From assembly GCA_965262915.1 (NCBI GenBank), contig OZ253564.1:2784001-2848000 (forward strand): a DNA stretch of 64,000 nucleotides. The letters run 5' to 3'. Made by a program: the position numbers and the translations under genes. Position 1 is the stretch's first letter. Each line of letters starts with the position of its first letter. Of this stretch, positions 43,141-54,059 are shown piece after piece. The notes below the pieces were generated by a model, which did no database searches, was not told the DNA's origin, and saw nothing but the letters and a program-made list of their open reading frames with translations. The DNA comes from Candidatus Spongiisociaceae bacterium. GTDB lineage: Bacteria; Actinomycetota; Acidimicrobiia; Spongiisociales; Spongiisociaceae.

Positions 43141-45590
43141 TATATGAGAGTATAGTGGCTCTTCGGAAATGAGGGAGGAGTAGGGGATCTGTCAGGGTTG
43201 CGACCAGTTCCGTGCCTGTCACGGGCTGGCTTGAGGGGAGGTGCACCGTTCCCCCCTCCTCCTCGTCGGTGATGGTGATGGTCACGTCGAGGGTGGCGGC
43301 GTTGTTGTCAGGGTCGGTAGCGGTAACAGTCAGCGTGTAGGTAGCCAGGGTCTCGTAGTCCAGCAGAGTTCTTCGTCCCACTGTGATCTGACCGTTACCG
43401 TCGATAGCGAACAGATCCCGGTCTGGCCCGTCCAAGGTGTAGGCCAAGGTATCACCGTTCGGATCTACCGCCGCTACCGGTGTACCCACCTCGGTGCCCG
43501 ACGATGAGTTCTCGGGCGCCGAGCGCGTGGTCGCATCCGTTCCGAAGTCCGGGACGGTCTCGTCGTCTTCGATGGTGAGGACGGCGTGGCTGATGGTGAA
43601 TCCCGCAAGGGTTCCGGACACTTCCACTTCCTGATCTCCGTCGGGCAGAGGTTCGTTCACAGGTGTCACGAAGAGGGATCCGGTCTGGCTCTCCTGACCC
43701 GCAGGAACGGTTATCTCCACGGTGGTGGATGTGTATTGTGCCGGGTCGTCGGGAAGGCCTACCGGTACCGTCAACGGATCAGGATGGGTGCCGGAGCCGG
43801 ACTCCAGAGAGGCCGTAACGGTGATCTGCGTAGTGCCGGCGTCTTCACGTATGGTGTCCGGGTCGATCGTCAGCACGATCGCTGTGGGTACCTCGGAGGT
43901 CACCGTATGCCGGGGATCGGCGCCCACTCCGTCGTGTTCCAGGGTGGCGTCCAGCCCTGCCGGATGCCGGATCGTGCCTCCGTTAGTGGCGAGAGAGTCG
44001 GCTCGGACCTCGATGCCGTTCGTGTCCGTCTCTCCGTTGGCAATCGTGTATTCGAACCGCAGGTCGGCCGTTCCGCTTCCGGATTCGTAGGCTGCCTGCC
44101 GATCGGTAACACCGATCGGCAGGTCGAGGGTCGGAGTACCGTCGGTGGCGTCGACCACCACCTGTGACGCGAACGAGACGGTCACCTGCACGGCCTGGCC
44201 GGGTGTGTAGGCGCTGCCGTTGACCGGGGCCGAGGTGACGGCCAGGCCCGAAACCTGCGGCCGGAGCGGAGCCGCCGCCCGGCGGGCCACCTCCGCCGGA
44301 TGGAGGCACCCGGGCAGGTCCATGTCGATGTCCGGTGCGATACCCCCCGCGACGCTCCGGCGCAGCGGGGTCAGCCATCGGATCACGGTAAGACGGAGCA
44401 CCCCGATCACTTCCTGGTCCCCGTTCTTGAGTTCGTACACAACCTGACCCGTGTTCTTACCGTAGGTTCGCTTCCCCGCGACGGTGGCGCGCTCGTGATC
44501 CATCAGCGCGCCGGTCAAGGCCTCCGAACCGGAAGCACTCTGGCCGTCGACCGCGACGGCCATCGGTAGGAGGGCTGGATCGGGAGCCCTGGCCCCCCCG
44601 GTGGCCGCATACGTTTGCTCGCGCGATCTGTAGACGAGGTGCATGACCACCGAGGAATCCGGTAGGAACAGCCCCGCGGTGTCGACCGTCGAACTCACTG
44701 AGCCACCCGGGTTGTCCCGAAGGTCGAAGACCAGCGCCCCTATACCCATCCCCGTCAACCGGGCCAGTTCCGCCTCCGTGTCGGTTCCTGCGGAGGAGCT
44801 GAACCTGTCGAGACGTAGGTAGCCGACGTTGGTGTGGACCACCCGACCCCGGGCCACCGGCACGGTGAACGCGGCGGCCTGCAGGGTCTCGGTGACGGTC
44901 TGGGTACCCCGCGTTACCTTCACCTCCACCGTCTCGTCTTTTTCGAAGCTGTCCAGATCGGGGATATCAGAGCAGCTGAGATCGGACGGAAGCGGTCCGT
45001 TCAGCCCGACAAGGACATCGCCTTCCTGGAGTCCGGCGCTCTTGGCCGGGCTGCCCGGGTAGACATCCACGATGGCCGGACGGCAGGTGGTGGAGACCTC
45101 CTCGCAGGGATCATCCCCATCCATAAGCGCCAGTTCCATACCTATTCGCGTCTGGATATTCGCGGATGCAGCCTTGGCCAGAGCGTACCGGTCGTTGGTC
45201 CAAAGGAAGGATTGGGAATCGAGTACCGAGACCATCCCAGCAATGGCCTCCCAGACCGCGGAGGCCGTGTCCTCGACCGCGTCGATCTCCTCGCAAACCT
45301 GCTCGAACTCCGAGGAGGGAAGGGGACACGCCGGCGGGGTAACGTCGGTCCTTGCAGCCAGGCCGGCGTCACGAACGTGCTCGGCCGCCTTCGCAGCAAG
45401 ACTCGAGACGGTGACCACGTCCACATATTCCGTCGTTATGAGACTGTACGCCCGGCACAACGGGACGAGATCCCCCTCCGCATCACCGCACTCCACCCGG
45501 TCAGGGACCGTGTAGGTGCCGCCGTTCGACTGGGCGACGGGCTCGCCGATCCCAGACGTGGCTACGGCGGCGTCGGGGAGGGCCAAGGCC
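43133..45590 (-). pseudogene. S41 (CtpA-like) peptidase with PDZ plus Ig-like/cadherin repeats, truncated at both ends
   Basis: VYPGSPAKSAGLQEGD, VGYLRLDRF, DLRDNPGG, SASGSE, TYGK; cadherin-like PENSSSGTEVGTPVAAVDPNGD, LDYE; ORF 5' part is antisense IS1634. Confidence 0.8.
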
Positions 45591-47548
45591 GTCAGACCGG
45601 AGTTTGGCGGGTGCGTGGGGGTTTGGTTATGGGGGAGGCCGCTGACCTGGGGTTTTGCGGTGTTGGGTACCGTTTGGGTAGGGATTTGTAGGGGCGACAT
45701 ATGGTTGGTTGGCCGGGCTGTTAGTGGTATTATCCTGGGGTATGTTCGTGAAGACGACCCGCCGCCGCAGGGGCGACAAGGTGTACGAGTATTTGTCTTT
45801 GGTGGAGTCCGTCCGCGACGGATCGAGGGTCGGGCATCGGACCCTTCTGCGCCTGGGGGAGGTGACCGCTTTACGCGAGTCGGGCCAGCTGGAGCGGATC
45901 GTGGCCGCCCTGGAACGTCATCTACGACGCGAACGGGTCGATGTCGGGGCGTTGGCGGCTGAAGGGGCGCCCGGGGTGGGGGCGGTAGCGGCGGTGTGGG
46001 CGGTGTGGCAGCGGTTGGGTCTTGGGGAGTGGTTCGCTGCGGTCGGGGCGGGACGGGGCGCGAAGGCCCTGGAGCATGCGGTGTTCGCGATGGTGGCGAA
46101 CCGGCTGGTGGCGCCGTGCTCGAAGCGGCGGCTGGTCGAGTGGGCGGCTTGTGATGTGGTGATGCCCGATGGCTGGTCGGCTCCGTCGCTTGACCAGTAC
46201 TACCGGGCTTTGGATGCGGTCGCCGCCGCCAAAGACGGAACCGAAACGCATCTGTATGCGCGGTTGTGCGACTTGACGAACCTGGACCTTCGGCTGGTGT
46301 GCTACGACGTCGCCTCCACATATTTCGAGGGTTCGGCCCGCCCCTCGGGGCGGTTCCCCTCCCGGGCGTTCGGGTACTCGCGGGACCATCGCGCGGATCG
46401 GCCCCAGATAATGATCGGCCTGTTGTGCACCTCAGACGGTATCCCGATCGCCCATCGGGTGTTTTCGGGGAACACCAACGACGCCACCACCCTGGCGGAC
46501 GTTCTCGCCGATCTCGCGGAGCGGTTCGCGGTGGGCCGAATCTGTGTGGTCGCCGACCGGGGCCTGATCTCGGTAGCCAACGTCGAAGCGGTCACCGACG
46601 CCGGGTTCGACCACATATTGGCCACAAAGCTGCGCCGTGACCTCATCGGCGTCGAAGCCCTCGAAGCCATCGACGAAGACACCGCCTGGGTCCAAATCCC
46701 CCAGCGCCGCTGCCGCGCCGCCGATGTGGCGCTCGACGACGGCACCCGAGCGGTCGTGGTCGAATCCGACGCCCGGGCCCGGCGAGACACCGCCCGCACA
46801 ACGCAGATCGTCGCCGACACCGAAGCCAAACTCCGGGCGCTGGAGGGCCGCGTCCGTGCAGGCAGGCTCAAAGACCCCGCCAAAATAGGGGCAGCCGCCC
46901 AGCGCATCCTCGCCTCCGGCGGCGCCGCACGGCTATTCGACACAGAGATCGGAGCGGGCCGCTTCCTATACCACTACAACGAAGACGCCCACCAATACGA
47001 AGAACTCCTCGCCGGCCGCTACGTGCTAGCTACCAGCCTCACACCCAACCAAGCTGACACCGCCCAAGTCGTGGACTACTACCGCCAACTGCAAGCAGTC
47101 GAAGCCCGCTTCCGGGTCCTCAAAGATCACCTACGGCTCCGCCCGGTGCGGCACTGGACCGAACAACGAGTCCGCGGCCACGTCGCTGTCTGCGTCTACG
47201 CCGCCCTAATCGAAACCCTCATCAACCACGCCCTCACCCAAGCCGACGTCCGCGACCCCGACCTCGGCCACCAACACCTCACCGCCGCCCGAGCCCTGCG
47301 CGACCTCAACCGCATCCGCCGCCACCAACTCACCGCCAACGGCCGCCGAATCACACTCACCACCCGGCGCAGCCCCCTACAAGCCCGTACCCTCACCGCC
47401 ATCGGAGCAGACACCCACACCTGGGACAAAGCCACGATCACCTAACCCCACCACCAGCCGCCCACACCGCCCATGTAGTGGAAACACCCCACCCCCAAAC
47501 CCCCCTGACCAGGCAACACGCGAAACACCCGCCAAACTCGGGACTGAC
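45591..47548 (+). mobile_element. IS1634-family insertion sequence
   Basis: IRs GTCAGACCGGAGTTTGGCGGGTG / CACCCGCCAAACTCGGGACTGAC (21/23); no target duplication seen. Confidence 0.85.
45742..47445 (+). CDS. IS1634-family transposase
   Basis: YLSLVESVR, YDVASTYFEG, FGYSRDHR, GNTND, VADRG, VEARFRVLK, RPVRHW, RVRGHV. Confidence 0.92.
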   Translation: MFVKTTRRRRGDKVYEYLSLVESVRDGSRVGHRTLLRLGEVTALRESGQLERIVAALERHLRRERVDVGALAAEGAPGVGAVAAVWAVWQRLGLGEWFAAVGAGRGAKALEHAVFAMVANRLVAPCSKRRLVEWAACDVVMPDGWSAPSLDQYYRALDAVAAAKDGTETHLYARLCDLTNLDLRLVCYDVASTYFEGSARPSGRFPSRAFGYSRDHRADRPQIMIGLLCTSDGIPIAHRVFSGNTNDATTLADVLADLAERFAVGRICVVADRGLISVANVEAVTDAGFDHILATKLRRDLIGVEALEAIDEDTAWVQIPQRRCRAADVALDDGTRAVVVESDARARRDTARTTQIVADTEAKLRALEGRVRAGRLKDPAKIGAAAQRILASGGAARLFDTEIGAGRFLYHYNEDAHQYEELLAGRYVLATSLTPNQADTAQVVDYYRQLQAVEARFRVLKDHLRLRPVRHWTEQRVRGHVAVCVYAALIETLINHALTQADVRDPDLGHQHLTAARALRDLNRIRRHQLTANGRRITLTTRRSPLQARTLTAIGADTHTWDKATIT

Positions 47549-47551
47549 CGA

Positions 47552-48115
47552 ATGATGGTGGCCGACATCGCACGTCGAATCGTCCACGAGATCCGCGTTC
47601 GCGACCTAGAGCACGCCCAGCGCTCGAGGCAGGTCTTGACGGAGGGAGGCCTGCTCGAGTACTTCCACGCTACGGCCATCCCCGATGAGGGGAACTTAGG
47701 CGTAGCTGTACCGGGCAGATTATCGCAAATGTGGACCGAAGGACCCTTAGCCCCCTACTTGGAGATCAGCCTCGGCACAGGTCACATACCCCAGAAGGGT
47801 TTCCTTGACAAAGATCAATGCCGACAGTTACTGGCACAGATCGAGATCATCGAGAACGGCGAACAGCCGATCCAGGTAGCCGCCCTGGAGTTCTCCAACG
47901 TCTTTCTGGCGCTGTCGTGGCTCCCCAACCAACCTGGCAACGATTCGTTCACACTGGGTTTGTTCCCGCACGTAGAGGAGGCGGCTGGCGGTCCCCTCAT
48001 CGCTGACAACATCTGCGAGGTGGGATGGCGGGACTTCCGTGCCCTGATAGCGGAAGTCGCCAACGACTCGCGTCCAACCCAAGAGGAGTGGCAGCGGCAG
48101 AGCAGAGAACTCTAG
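47552..48115 (+). CDS. Hypothetical protein (possibly 5'-truncated by IS1634)
   Basis: 187-aa protein-like ORF starting immediately after the IS end; no recognised motif. Confidence 0.5.
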   Translation: MMVADIARRIVHEIRVRDLEHAQRSRQVLTEGGLLEYFHATAIPDEGNLGVAVPGRLSQMWTEGPLAPYLEISLGTGHIPQKGFLDKDQCRQLLAQIEIIENGEQPIQVAALEFSNVFLALSWLPNQPGNDSFTLGLFPHVEEAAGGPLIADNICEVGWRDFRALIAEVANDSRPTQEEWQRQSREL

Positions 48116-48129
48116 CGTGCTGGTCGGGC

Positions 48130-48471
48130 CGGGCTGACCCGAACCGAGAACTCTGCCGACAGGATCCATAACCACCGCAACGTCGATATCCCTCGAACGT
48201 GGATATTCCGATGGGTGCCCACTCCACCAATAGAACCGATCCGACTCCCCCACCATCCGTTCTGTCCCCCGTCTTGGCCATGAACTCCCGTACCGACCTT
48301 GTCAAGGCCGGTTGGAGTGCCTACGGATTGATGGGGCCGCTCGCCGCTCCGGCGGTCAAAACCCGTACCAAGGCCGCTAACCAGATCCATTCCCTGGTGG
48401 TTACCGCCCCAGAGCCGCTAAAGGCCAGCTAAGGGGCATGAATCTCAAAGCTCGCGTCAAGGTTTGTGCCG
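48130..48471. pseudogene. Scrambled remnant of a third IS110 recombinase
   Basis: Minus strand GGVGTHRNIHV / VAVVMDPVGRVLGS; plus strand AVKTRTKAANQIHSLVVTAPEPLK, MNLKARVKVCA. Confidence 0.7.
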
Positions 48472-48506
48472 TAACAGTGACCATCTCTTTTAGTCGTACT
48501 CGGCGG

Positions 48507-50453
48507 TCACGAGACTTCATCGTCGATAAGTCCGTATGGCGGCCTTTCAGGGTCGCCGCTGTAACGAACAACGATATACGGCTCCGCCGCAGGCCGTGGT
48601 GCGTTGTCGGCGAGGATCAACTGCTGACCGGCGCCGCGATTGGATACCCATTCAATGAGGTGCGCATAGACGGAATCCGCGATGATTTCGCCATCAAAGT
48701 CTGGTTCCTCCTCTGACATGAGGTTCTTTTGGGGGCTGTCGATCATGAGGAAGCCGGGATGCTGTGCATCTTGCTCGACGGCTTCTTCGAATATTGACAG
48801 ATGCCAGGCCAGGGAAATCAGCGTGGTTGCGCCTGCGCTTCCGAGGGTGCTGTAGCGCATGTCGCGGACATAGGGCGTGAAGGAACTGTCTATTCGTGGC
48901 CCCTCCAGTTTGGGGAAATTGAAGTCGTCCAAGATTGATGCGAATCGTGAGGACAACGCCGCGACGACGTGGTCACCCTCCTGCCCATCGGTACGGAGTC
49001 GGTTGATTCGTGTCTGGAGTCGCTCCTCGTCCACCCGCAGTTTGGTGAGTCGGACTCGTCTTGAGTCGAGTCCCGCGACCAGTGCGCGTGTTCGTGCGAT
49101 ATCGCTGATCCGCTGCTGGCTATCGGTCAACCGATCGCGGATGATGTCTCGCTGCGCGATGAATGGTGCAAGTCGGGCCGCGACCGCATCGTCGATTTCC
49201 GTGCGAGCATGATCACGAAGATCGGTGGCCTTGATGAGCTCCATTTGCGCGGTAGCGACTTCGTTGTCGATCTCATCCATCGACCTGCTGAGTTCTTGGA
49301 GTTTTGTCTTGGTTGTGCGGATTTCTTTGGTTACGTCGAAGGCTGAGTCTGCATCCAAACCTTCGGTTGGCTGATAGCAAAGCCCACAGGTTCCGCCGCT
49401 CGGGCCGGCGGGTTCAGCGAGGGGTTGGAGACAGGAGGGACAGGTGGCAAGGGCCAGCGGATCAAAAAGCCTACCTGCCTCAGCTGCGAAGCGCAGCTTC
49501 GAGAGGTCATCTGCATACTGAGCTCGTAGTGCTCCCAAGCGCCGCACAAGAATAGTTCGATCCCTGACGATGGCCGTCAGCCGCGCGACAGAGGCGGATG
49601 CAGCGTCGTACTGGCTGCGCAACTCATCGGCCGAGGCCGTTTCGCATGCCATCTCTGCCTCGAGTTGGGCGAGAGCACTTCTGCTCTCGATGAGCTCTTG
49701 TTCGGCTGAGCGCTCATCTGCAGCGAGATCGCCGTCTTCGTTGACACCTTGTTCGCTCAGGAAGCTCGAGATTGTGGTGATATCGCCTTCTAGGCGCTCG
49801 ATGGCGCTGCGGAGTGCCTTAAGACGCGCGTTGGCGTCGACAAGTGCATCGTCGTGTGTGCCGAAGACTACGTTGATGGTTTGACGGAGCTTGAGACGAC
49901 GGGGGAAATGCTTCTCATGGAGCAACTCGAGATTGTCCATCCGGCGGTGAGGAAGGAAAAATAGGTTATTGAGATCCCTGAAGCTGAGAGGGTCAACCGC
50001 TGAGGCGTCCTGCGTTGGCGCCTGCTTTAGGCTCCGTCCCGCTAGCCCTACGGCGTCCAGCAGAAACGTCGAGAGTGAGTCGCGATCGCTAGCCGGCCGA
50101 ATTTTCCGCTCCTCGATGTCGTGGAAGTCGTGGGAAAGTCCTGCGAGTGGGGCGTGGTGAACGTGGGCCTTGGAGGAGGACCAGAGGGGGCGCTCGATGA
50201 CGGCAACCTTGTCGCCATACTCGATTTCGATCAGCGCGGAGCGGGCTCGTCGTTGTATCTCGGGGTGGCGCGGGTGGTCTTTGGCCCCCAGGCAGTAGTC
50301 GATTAGCTCGAGGGCTGATGTCTTGCCTGTCGCGATCTGGCCCGCAATGATGTTGAGCGCCCGTACGGATCCATCGGGGTTTAGAAAGCTCACGTCGTAG
50401 GTTCGCCCGGCGCCGCGAAGCTGGAGATGACGGATCCTGATCCCGACGGTCAT
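48507..50453 (-). CDS. SMC-like ABC ATPase of ABC-three-component/Lamassu system (LmuB-like)
   Basis: Walker A GQIATGKT, coiled coils with CPSC..CGLC, signature GSAG, Walker B FLMIDSP. Confidence 0.82.
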   Translation of the reverse strand: MTVGIRIRHLQLRGAGRTYDVSFLNPDGSVRALNIIAGQIATGKTSALELIDYCLGAKDHPRHPEIQRRARSALIEIEYGDKVAVIERPLWSSSKAHVHHAPLAGLSHDFHDIEERKIRPASDRDSLSTFLLDAVGLAGRSLKQAPTQDASAVDPLSFRDLNNLFFLPHRRMDNLELLHEKHFPRRLKLRQTINVVFGTHDDALVDANARLKALRSAIERLEGDITTISSFLSEQGVNEDGDLAADERSAEQELIESRSALAQLEAEMACETASADELRSQYDAASASVARLTAIVRDRTILVRRLGALRAQYADDLSKLRFAAEAGRLFDPLALATCPSCLQPLAEPAGPSGGTCGLCYQPTEGLDADSAFDVTKEIRTTKTKLQELSRSMDEIDNEVATAQMELIKATDLRDHARTEIDDAVAARLAPFIAQRDIIRDRLTDSQQRISDIARTRALVAGLDSRRVRLTKLRVDEERLQTRINRLRTDGQEGDHVVAALSSRFASILDDFNFPKLEGPRIDSSFTPYVRDMRYSTLGSAGATTLISLAWHLSIFEEAVEQDAQHPGFLMIDSPQKNLMSEEEPDFDGEIIADSVYAHLIEWVSNRGAGQQLILADNAPRPAAEPYIVVRYSGDPERPPYGLIDDEVS

Positions 50454-51004
50454 ATCAGCACCTCGCTGTCCAGTAAGCCATCATCCAAGCCGATGAGATC
50501 GAGGCCGAACCGTTCGGCCCGTAACCACACCTGAGCACTCTTCCGAAGGCTGCTGTCTGAGAGTTTGCGAAGCGTGGGTAGTGAAATGGAAATAGAGCGG
50601 CGCAATCCGTCGGCGTATGCAGCTCTGAGTTCGGCAGCCGAGGAGACCCCCAACTCGGTTAACTCGTACTTCACCAAGCCGCCGGCGACGATCGGATACA
50701 CGAGGCCGTATGCAACCAGTGATGCGATGTCGGCACGTATCCGTTGTCGCCGATTTGCGAATCGCTGCGCAGCGGATTGGTGATCGATCGTCCGCGAGTC
50801 GAAGCCCGCCATTACCAGCGCAGTTCGATCTACGGTGTCGATCGAATCGATGAGCATCGGGTTCGCCAGAAAAAAGTCGTAGTAGGCGAGGCGCTCAACA
50901 GTGACCGAGCTAGCGATTCCCTCGAGGACGACAAGTAGTTGCGCGACTCGAAAGGCAGGCAAGTCTTCGGGGAGAATGGTCGTCGGGATCGTTTCAGAAT
51001 CCAT
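50450..51004 (-). CDS. ABC-3C middle component (LmuC-like)
   Basis: FRVAQLL, ERLAYYDFFLANP, LVAYGLV, YELTELG; sits between effector and ATPase with overlapping ends. Confidence 0.75.
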   Translation of the reverse strand: MDSETIPTTILPEDLPAFRVAQLLVVLEGIASSVTVERLAYYDFFLANPMLIDSIDTVDRTALVMAGFDSRTIDHQSAAQRFANRRQRIRADIASLVAYGLVYPIVAGGLVKYELTELGVSSAAELRAAYADGLRRSISISLPTLRKLSDSSLRKSAQVWLRAERFGLDLIGLDDGLLDSEVLI

Positions 51005-52061
51005 ATTCGGCAGCGATCTGTTGGAAGTTTCGCACCCAGCCGAGCATGCCGTTGTCACATAGTTGATGTGCGATTCCGAAATGGTGAACTGATCGGGAAC
51101 GAAGGTAGGTCGGTGGGCTTGCGTTATAACCGTTCTCGATAGCAGCCATCGTTTGGCCGTGTAGGCCAGGAAGCAGGTTGCCGTCTGTTCCGGAACAGAC
51201 GGCGTCGTATCTGTGGGCCCACAGAGAATGGACAGTCACGCGGGCAGCCAACAGTTCGCTCAACTCGGACTCATCCTTCTTTGCGTAGACGTCGCGCTCC
51301 AAGATCTCGGCATTGAAGAATTCCAGCTTCGCGGTCTCTACCTGGCTGATCTTTCCTACTCGGAGCTGCGCCACGAACAACGAATTCTCGTATACGCTGC
51401 CGTCAGGAATCGAACTGATGTCGCGAAGTCTCGGGCGGTCGTCCGCATTCGGGAAGTAGTACCTACGAACCCCTTCGGCTGGCTCTCGTAACAGTCGACG
51501 CTTCAGTTGGGTCGAGGACCACAGCTCACACGCCAGTCCATGTCTCCGTCGCATCCTCCGACAGAGCCCGGCCCACCACTTCATGGCCGAGGGCTCAAGG
51601 TCGATTGGAACGCACAGGGTCCACGCCCTCACTACGTACCCGTTCTCGCCGGCCTTCTTCAGCATCGTGTTGAGGGATTTCGTGATCTGAGTCTTCTGAG
51701 ACTGGTCGAACTTCTCGATGAAGTACTTCGCCTGCCACACCGATACAACGTCGTCGAGTTCGCCGACTAGCCCGTCTATCCCCCAGTCTCCAGGCAGAGG
51801 CCGCAAGTTCTGGACCTGCGGATAGTCGATACCGACGAGCTGAACCACCATTTCCTCAAACAGTGCCCTTCCACCCTCATCGGAGCCCGCTCGGTTACGG
51901 AGGTACGCGAAGTCAATGATCCCGGTCGGCAGCAACGCCGGCCCATCGCGAAGGATGTCGTTCGAGGCCTGGTCAGTGCTGTCGGTTCCCTTCCCACCCA
52001 CCGTCAACCTGAGTACCACTTCCATGGTCGCATGGTGCGATAGTAATCGGACCATCGGCAC
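50994..52061 (-). CDS. ABC-3C/Lamassu effector: PD-(D/E)xK-type nuclease plus C-terminal domain (LmuA-like); start uncertain
   Basis: FEEMV, GDWGID, WQAKYF; C-term FVAQL, FFNAE, GIAHQLCD..LGW. Confidence 0.78.
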   Translation of the reverse strand: MPMVRLLSHHATMEVVLRLTVGGKGTDSTDQASNDILRDGPALLPTGIIDFAYLRNRAGSDEGGRALFEEMVVQLVGIDYPQVQNLRPLPGDWGIDGLVGELDDVVSVWQAKYFIEKFDQSQKTQITKSLNTMLKKAGENGYVVRAWTLCVPIDLEPSAMKWWAGLCRRMRRRHGLACELWSSTQLKRRLLREPAEGVRRYYFPNADDRPRLRDISSIPDGSVYENSLFVAQLRVGKISQVETAKLEFFNAEILERDVYAKKDESELSELLAARVTVHSLWAHRYDAVCSGTDGNLLPGLHGQTMAAIENGYNASPPTYLRSRSVHHFGIAHQLCDNGMLGWVRNFQQIAAEYGF

Positions 52062-52364
52062 CCAGGGTGAATACTGATCGTACGAGGGCTCCGAGCAATT
52101 GTGAAACAGAGCGTATGCTACTATATGGTTGGTTCCAAGGGTTAGTGGTCGTATGCGATGAGGGAGCGGGAGGGGGGCTTGGTCGTTGGGTGGTCTCGTT
52201 GTGCGGGGTTCCAGCAGTTTCTGGCGGAAACGGTTTGCCTACGACCCGTCCGGGCGCGTCGAGGGGGACAGTGGCCACGAACCACCGCACCGTCTGACCG
52301 TCTAAGGCACTTCTTTGAGCCCATCGATCTAGACCGGCCTGGGGTACGGGAGTAGGTGGTTAGG

Positions 52365-54059
52365 TCAGGTCTCTCCGTTCTTCATGACCTGGGGTTCGTG
52401 ACCTTGGCATAGGTCGGTCAATGCCTGTGCGACTAGCTCGGAGCGTGCCTGCAGGAACTGACGGTAGGCATCTGGTACGTCAGGATTGTCGGTAACGAAT
52501 TCGTCCCAGGGGATTAGGTGCGATTCGAGGCGGCGTCGGATCTCTTTCTCGCCCAGGGTGGAGTGGTCTATACGCTCCCGTAGGTAGGCAAGGGGGGGTT
52601 TGGCTGCAATGCGCCGGTTGGTTGCCGAGGAGATCAGGGCGCAGTTCAGAGCTCGCTGTGCTTGTTCGGTGTCCTCTTCGGGGAGATGTTTTGCCAGATA
52701 GGCGTCAGGGAAGAGGTGGTGGTACTCGCGGCGGGATATGTTCCCGGGGGTGACTGACGAGCCGTCTGCTAGGTCCAAAGCACCGTGCCGGAGCGCCGCG
52801 CCGAGGACAGCGCGGGCGACTCTGGTACGCTTTTTTGGCCATCGGGCCCGGAGGAGGTCGCGCGCTGTAAGTAACGGATAGCGGTCCTCGTCGAAAATGT
52901 ACGCCGTTCTCGGCCCACCGCCTAATTCCGTGATCATCCCCTTGAGGTCCTGGAGTACGCCCGTGTTCATGCCGCTGTCGTAGCGGTTTGTTGTGAACGC
53001 TCGCCACAAGTAGGCCCGTACCAGCGTCATGGCGTTGCCCAGTTCATCTGGGTCATCGGGTAGGTGTGGATGCAGCGCGGACAGCACAGGGATCACGTCC
53101 GCAGTTGGTAGGCGATCAGAATCGAAGACGCTTTCGTTCCGGAGAACATCCACAGCGAAGTTCATTCCCTCCTCTATCCGTGGGAAGTCATCCAACAGGT
53201 TCTCCAGATCGAGATCCAGGAACGAGGACTTACGAAGCGGTTTCCCCTCGCGAAGGGCCGCCACGTGAAGCAGAACGTTCTCAACGTTGTCCCGGTAGGC
53301 GCTGAGGCGTGGCACCTTGGACTTGATGTGCTCCAGCCTCTCGTGCAACGACTCTCCGGTGCTGGCCTCGAACTGGGCTACCACGATGTCGAAAGTCGTC
53401 AGCCGGGCGCTACTCGTGTTCATCCTGACAAACACGTCGATGGCCGTGTCACTGGTAGTAGAAGTAGGCAAACTCAGGAACGGAATGTTGAACGAAGCGA
53501 ACCTGTTTCGATACTTATCAACATACCTAGTTATCTCTTTGTATCTTTCGAAGGCTTCGGTGACCCCTGTACCAGCTGCTGTGTCCTTCCACTCGCTCGC
53601 CTCCCGCTCTCCGTCATTGCCCGGCCGGCAGAGATACACGGGAACGAATCCTCTATCCCAGCACTTGGTGGGGTCTGCCACCCACTTGTGTCGCCACTCG
53701 GGCGAAACATGGATCTCTCCATCTTCCTCCTGTATTAGGAATACACGATCCTCGTAATCGTTGTTGAGGGCACGCCACAGAGCGGTCAGCCTCTGCTGGC
53801 CGTCAAGAAGATGCTCGGTACACCGCTCAGTAGACGTGGTGACACCCCGAAGGGGCCTCGAATGGAAAATCTCCTCTTCCCCGACCTCGAGGATAAGCGC
53901 CACCCCTACCGGGAGGCCATTGAGCACACTCTCGAGAAACGAAGAGATCGTTTTGTAACTCCATGCCTCAAAACGTTGAAACCGCGGTAGACGAACCTTT
54001 CCGCTCTCGATCTGGCTGAACCACCCTTCCAGACTCCGGTTCCGTGCTTCCACCTTCAC
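52365..54059 (-). CDS. GmrSD-like (DUF262 plus HNH-type C-terminal domain) modification-dependent restriction protein
   Basis: LPRFQR, LLDGQQRLTAL, FVRMNT; C-term EYHHLFP...LNCALI...N. Confidence 0.85.
   Translation of the reverse strand: MKVEARNRSLEGWFSQIESGKVRLPRFQRFEAWSYKTISSFLESVLNGLPVGVALILEVGEEEIFHSRPLRGVTTSTERCTEHLLDGQQRLTALWRALNNDYEDRVFLIQEEDGEIHVSPEWRHKWVADPTKCWDRGFVPVYLCRPGNDGEREASEWKDTAAGTGVTEAFERYKEITRYVDKYRNRFASFNIPFLSLPTSTTSDTAIDVFVRMNTSSARLTTFDIVVAQFEASTGESLHERLEHIKSKVPRLSAYRDNVENVLLHVAALREGKPLRKSSFLDLDLENLLDDFPRIEEGMNFAVDVLRNESVFDSDRLPTADVIPVLSALHPHLPDDPDELGNAMTLVRAYLWRAFTTNRYDSGMNTGVLQDLKGMITELGGGPRTAYIFDEDRYPLLTARDLLRARWPKKRTRVARAVLGAALRHGALDLADGSSVTPGNISRREYHHLFPDAYLAKHLPEEDTEQAQRALNCALISSATNRRIAAKPPLAYLRERIDHSTLGEKEIRRRLESHLIPWDEFVTDNPDVPDAYRQFLQARSELVAQALTDLCQGHEPQVMKNGET

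Noticed and set aside
45591-46321. Pro/Arg-rich N-terminus of the 1062-aa ORF
   Set aside because: Antisense read-through of IS1634, not part of the protease
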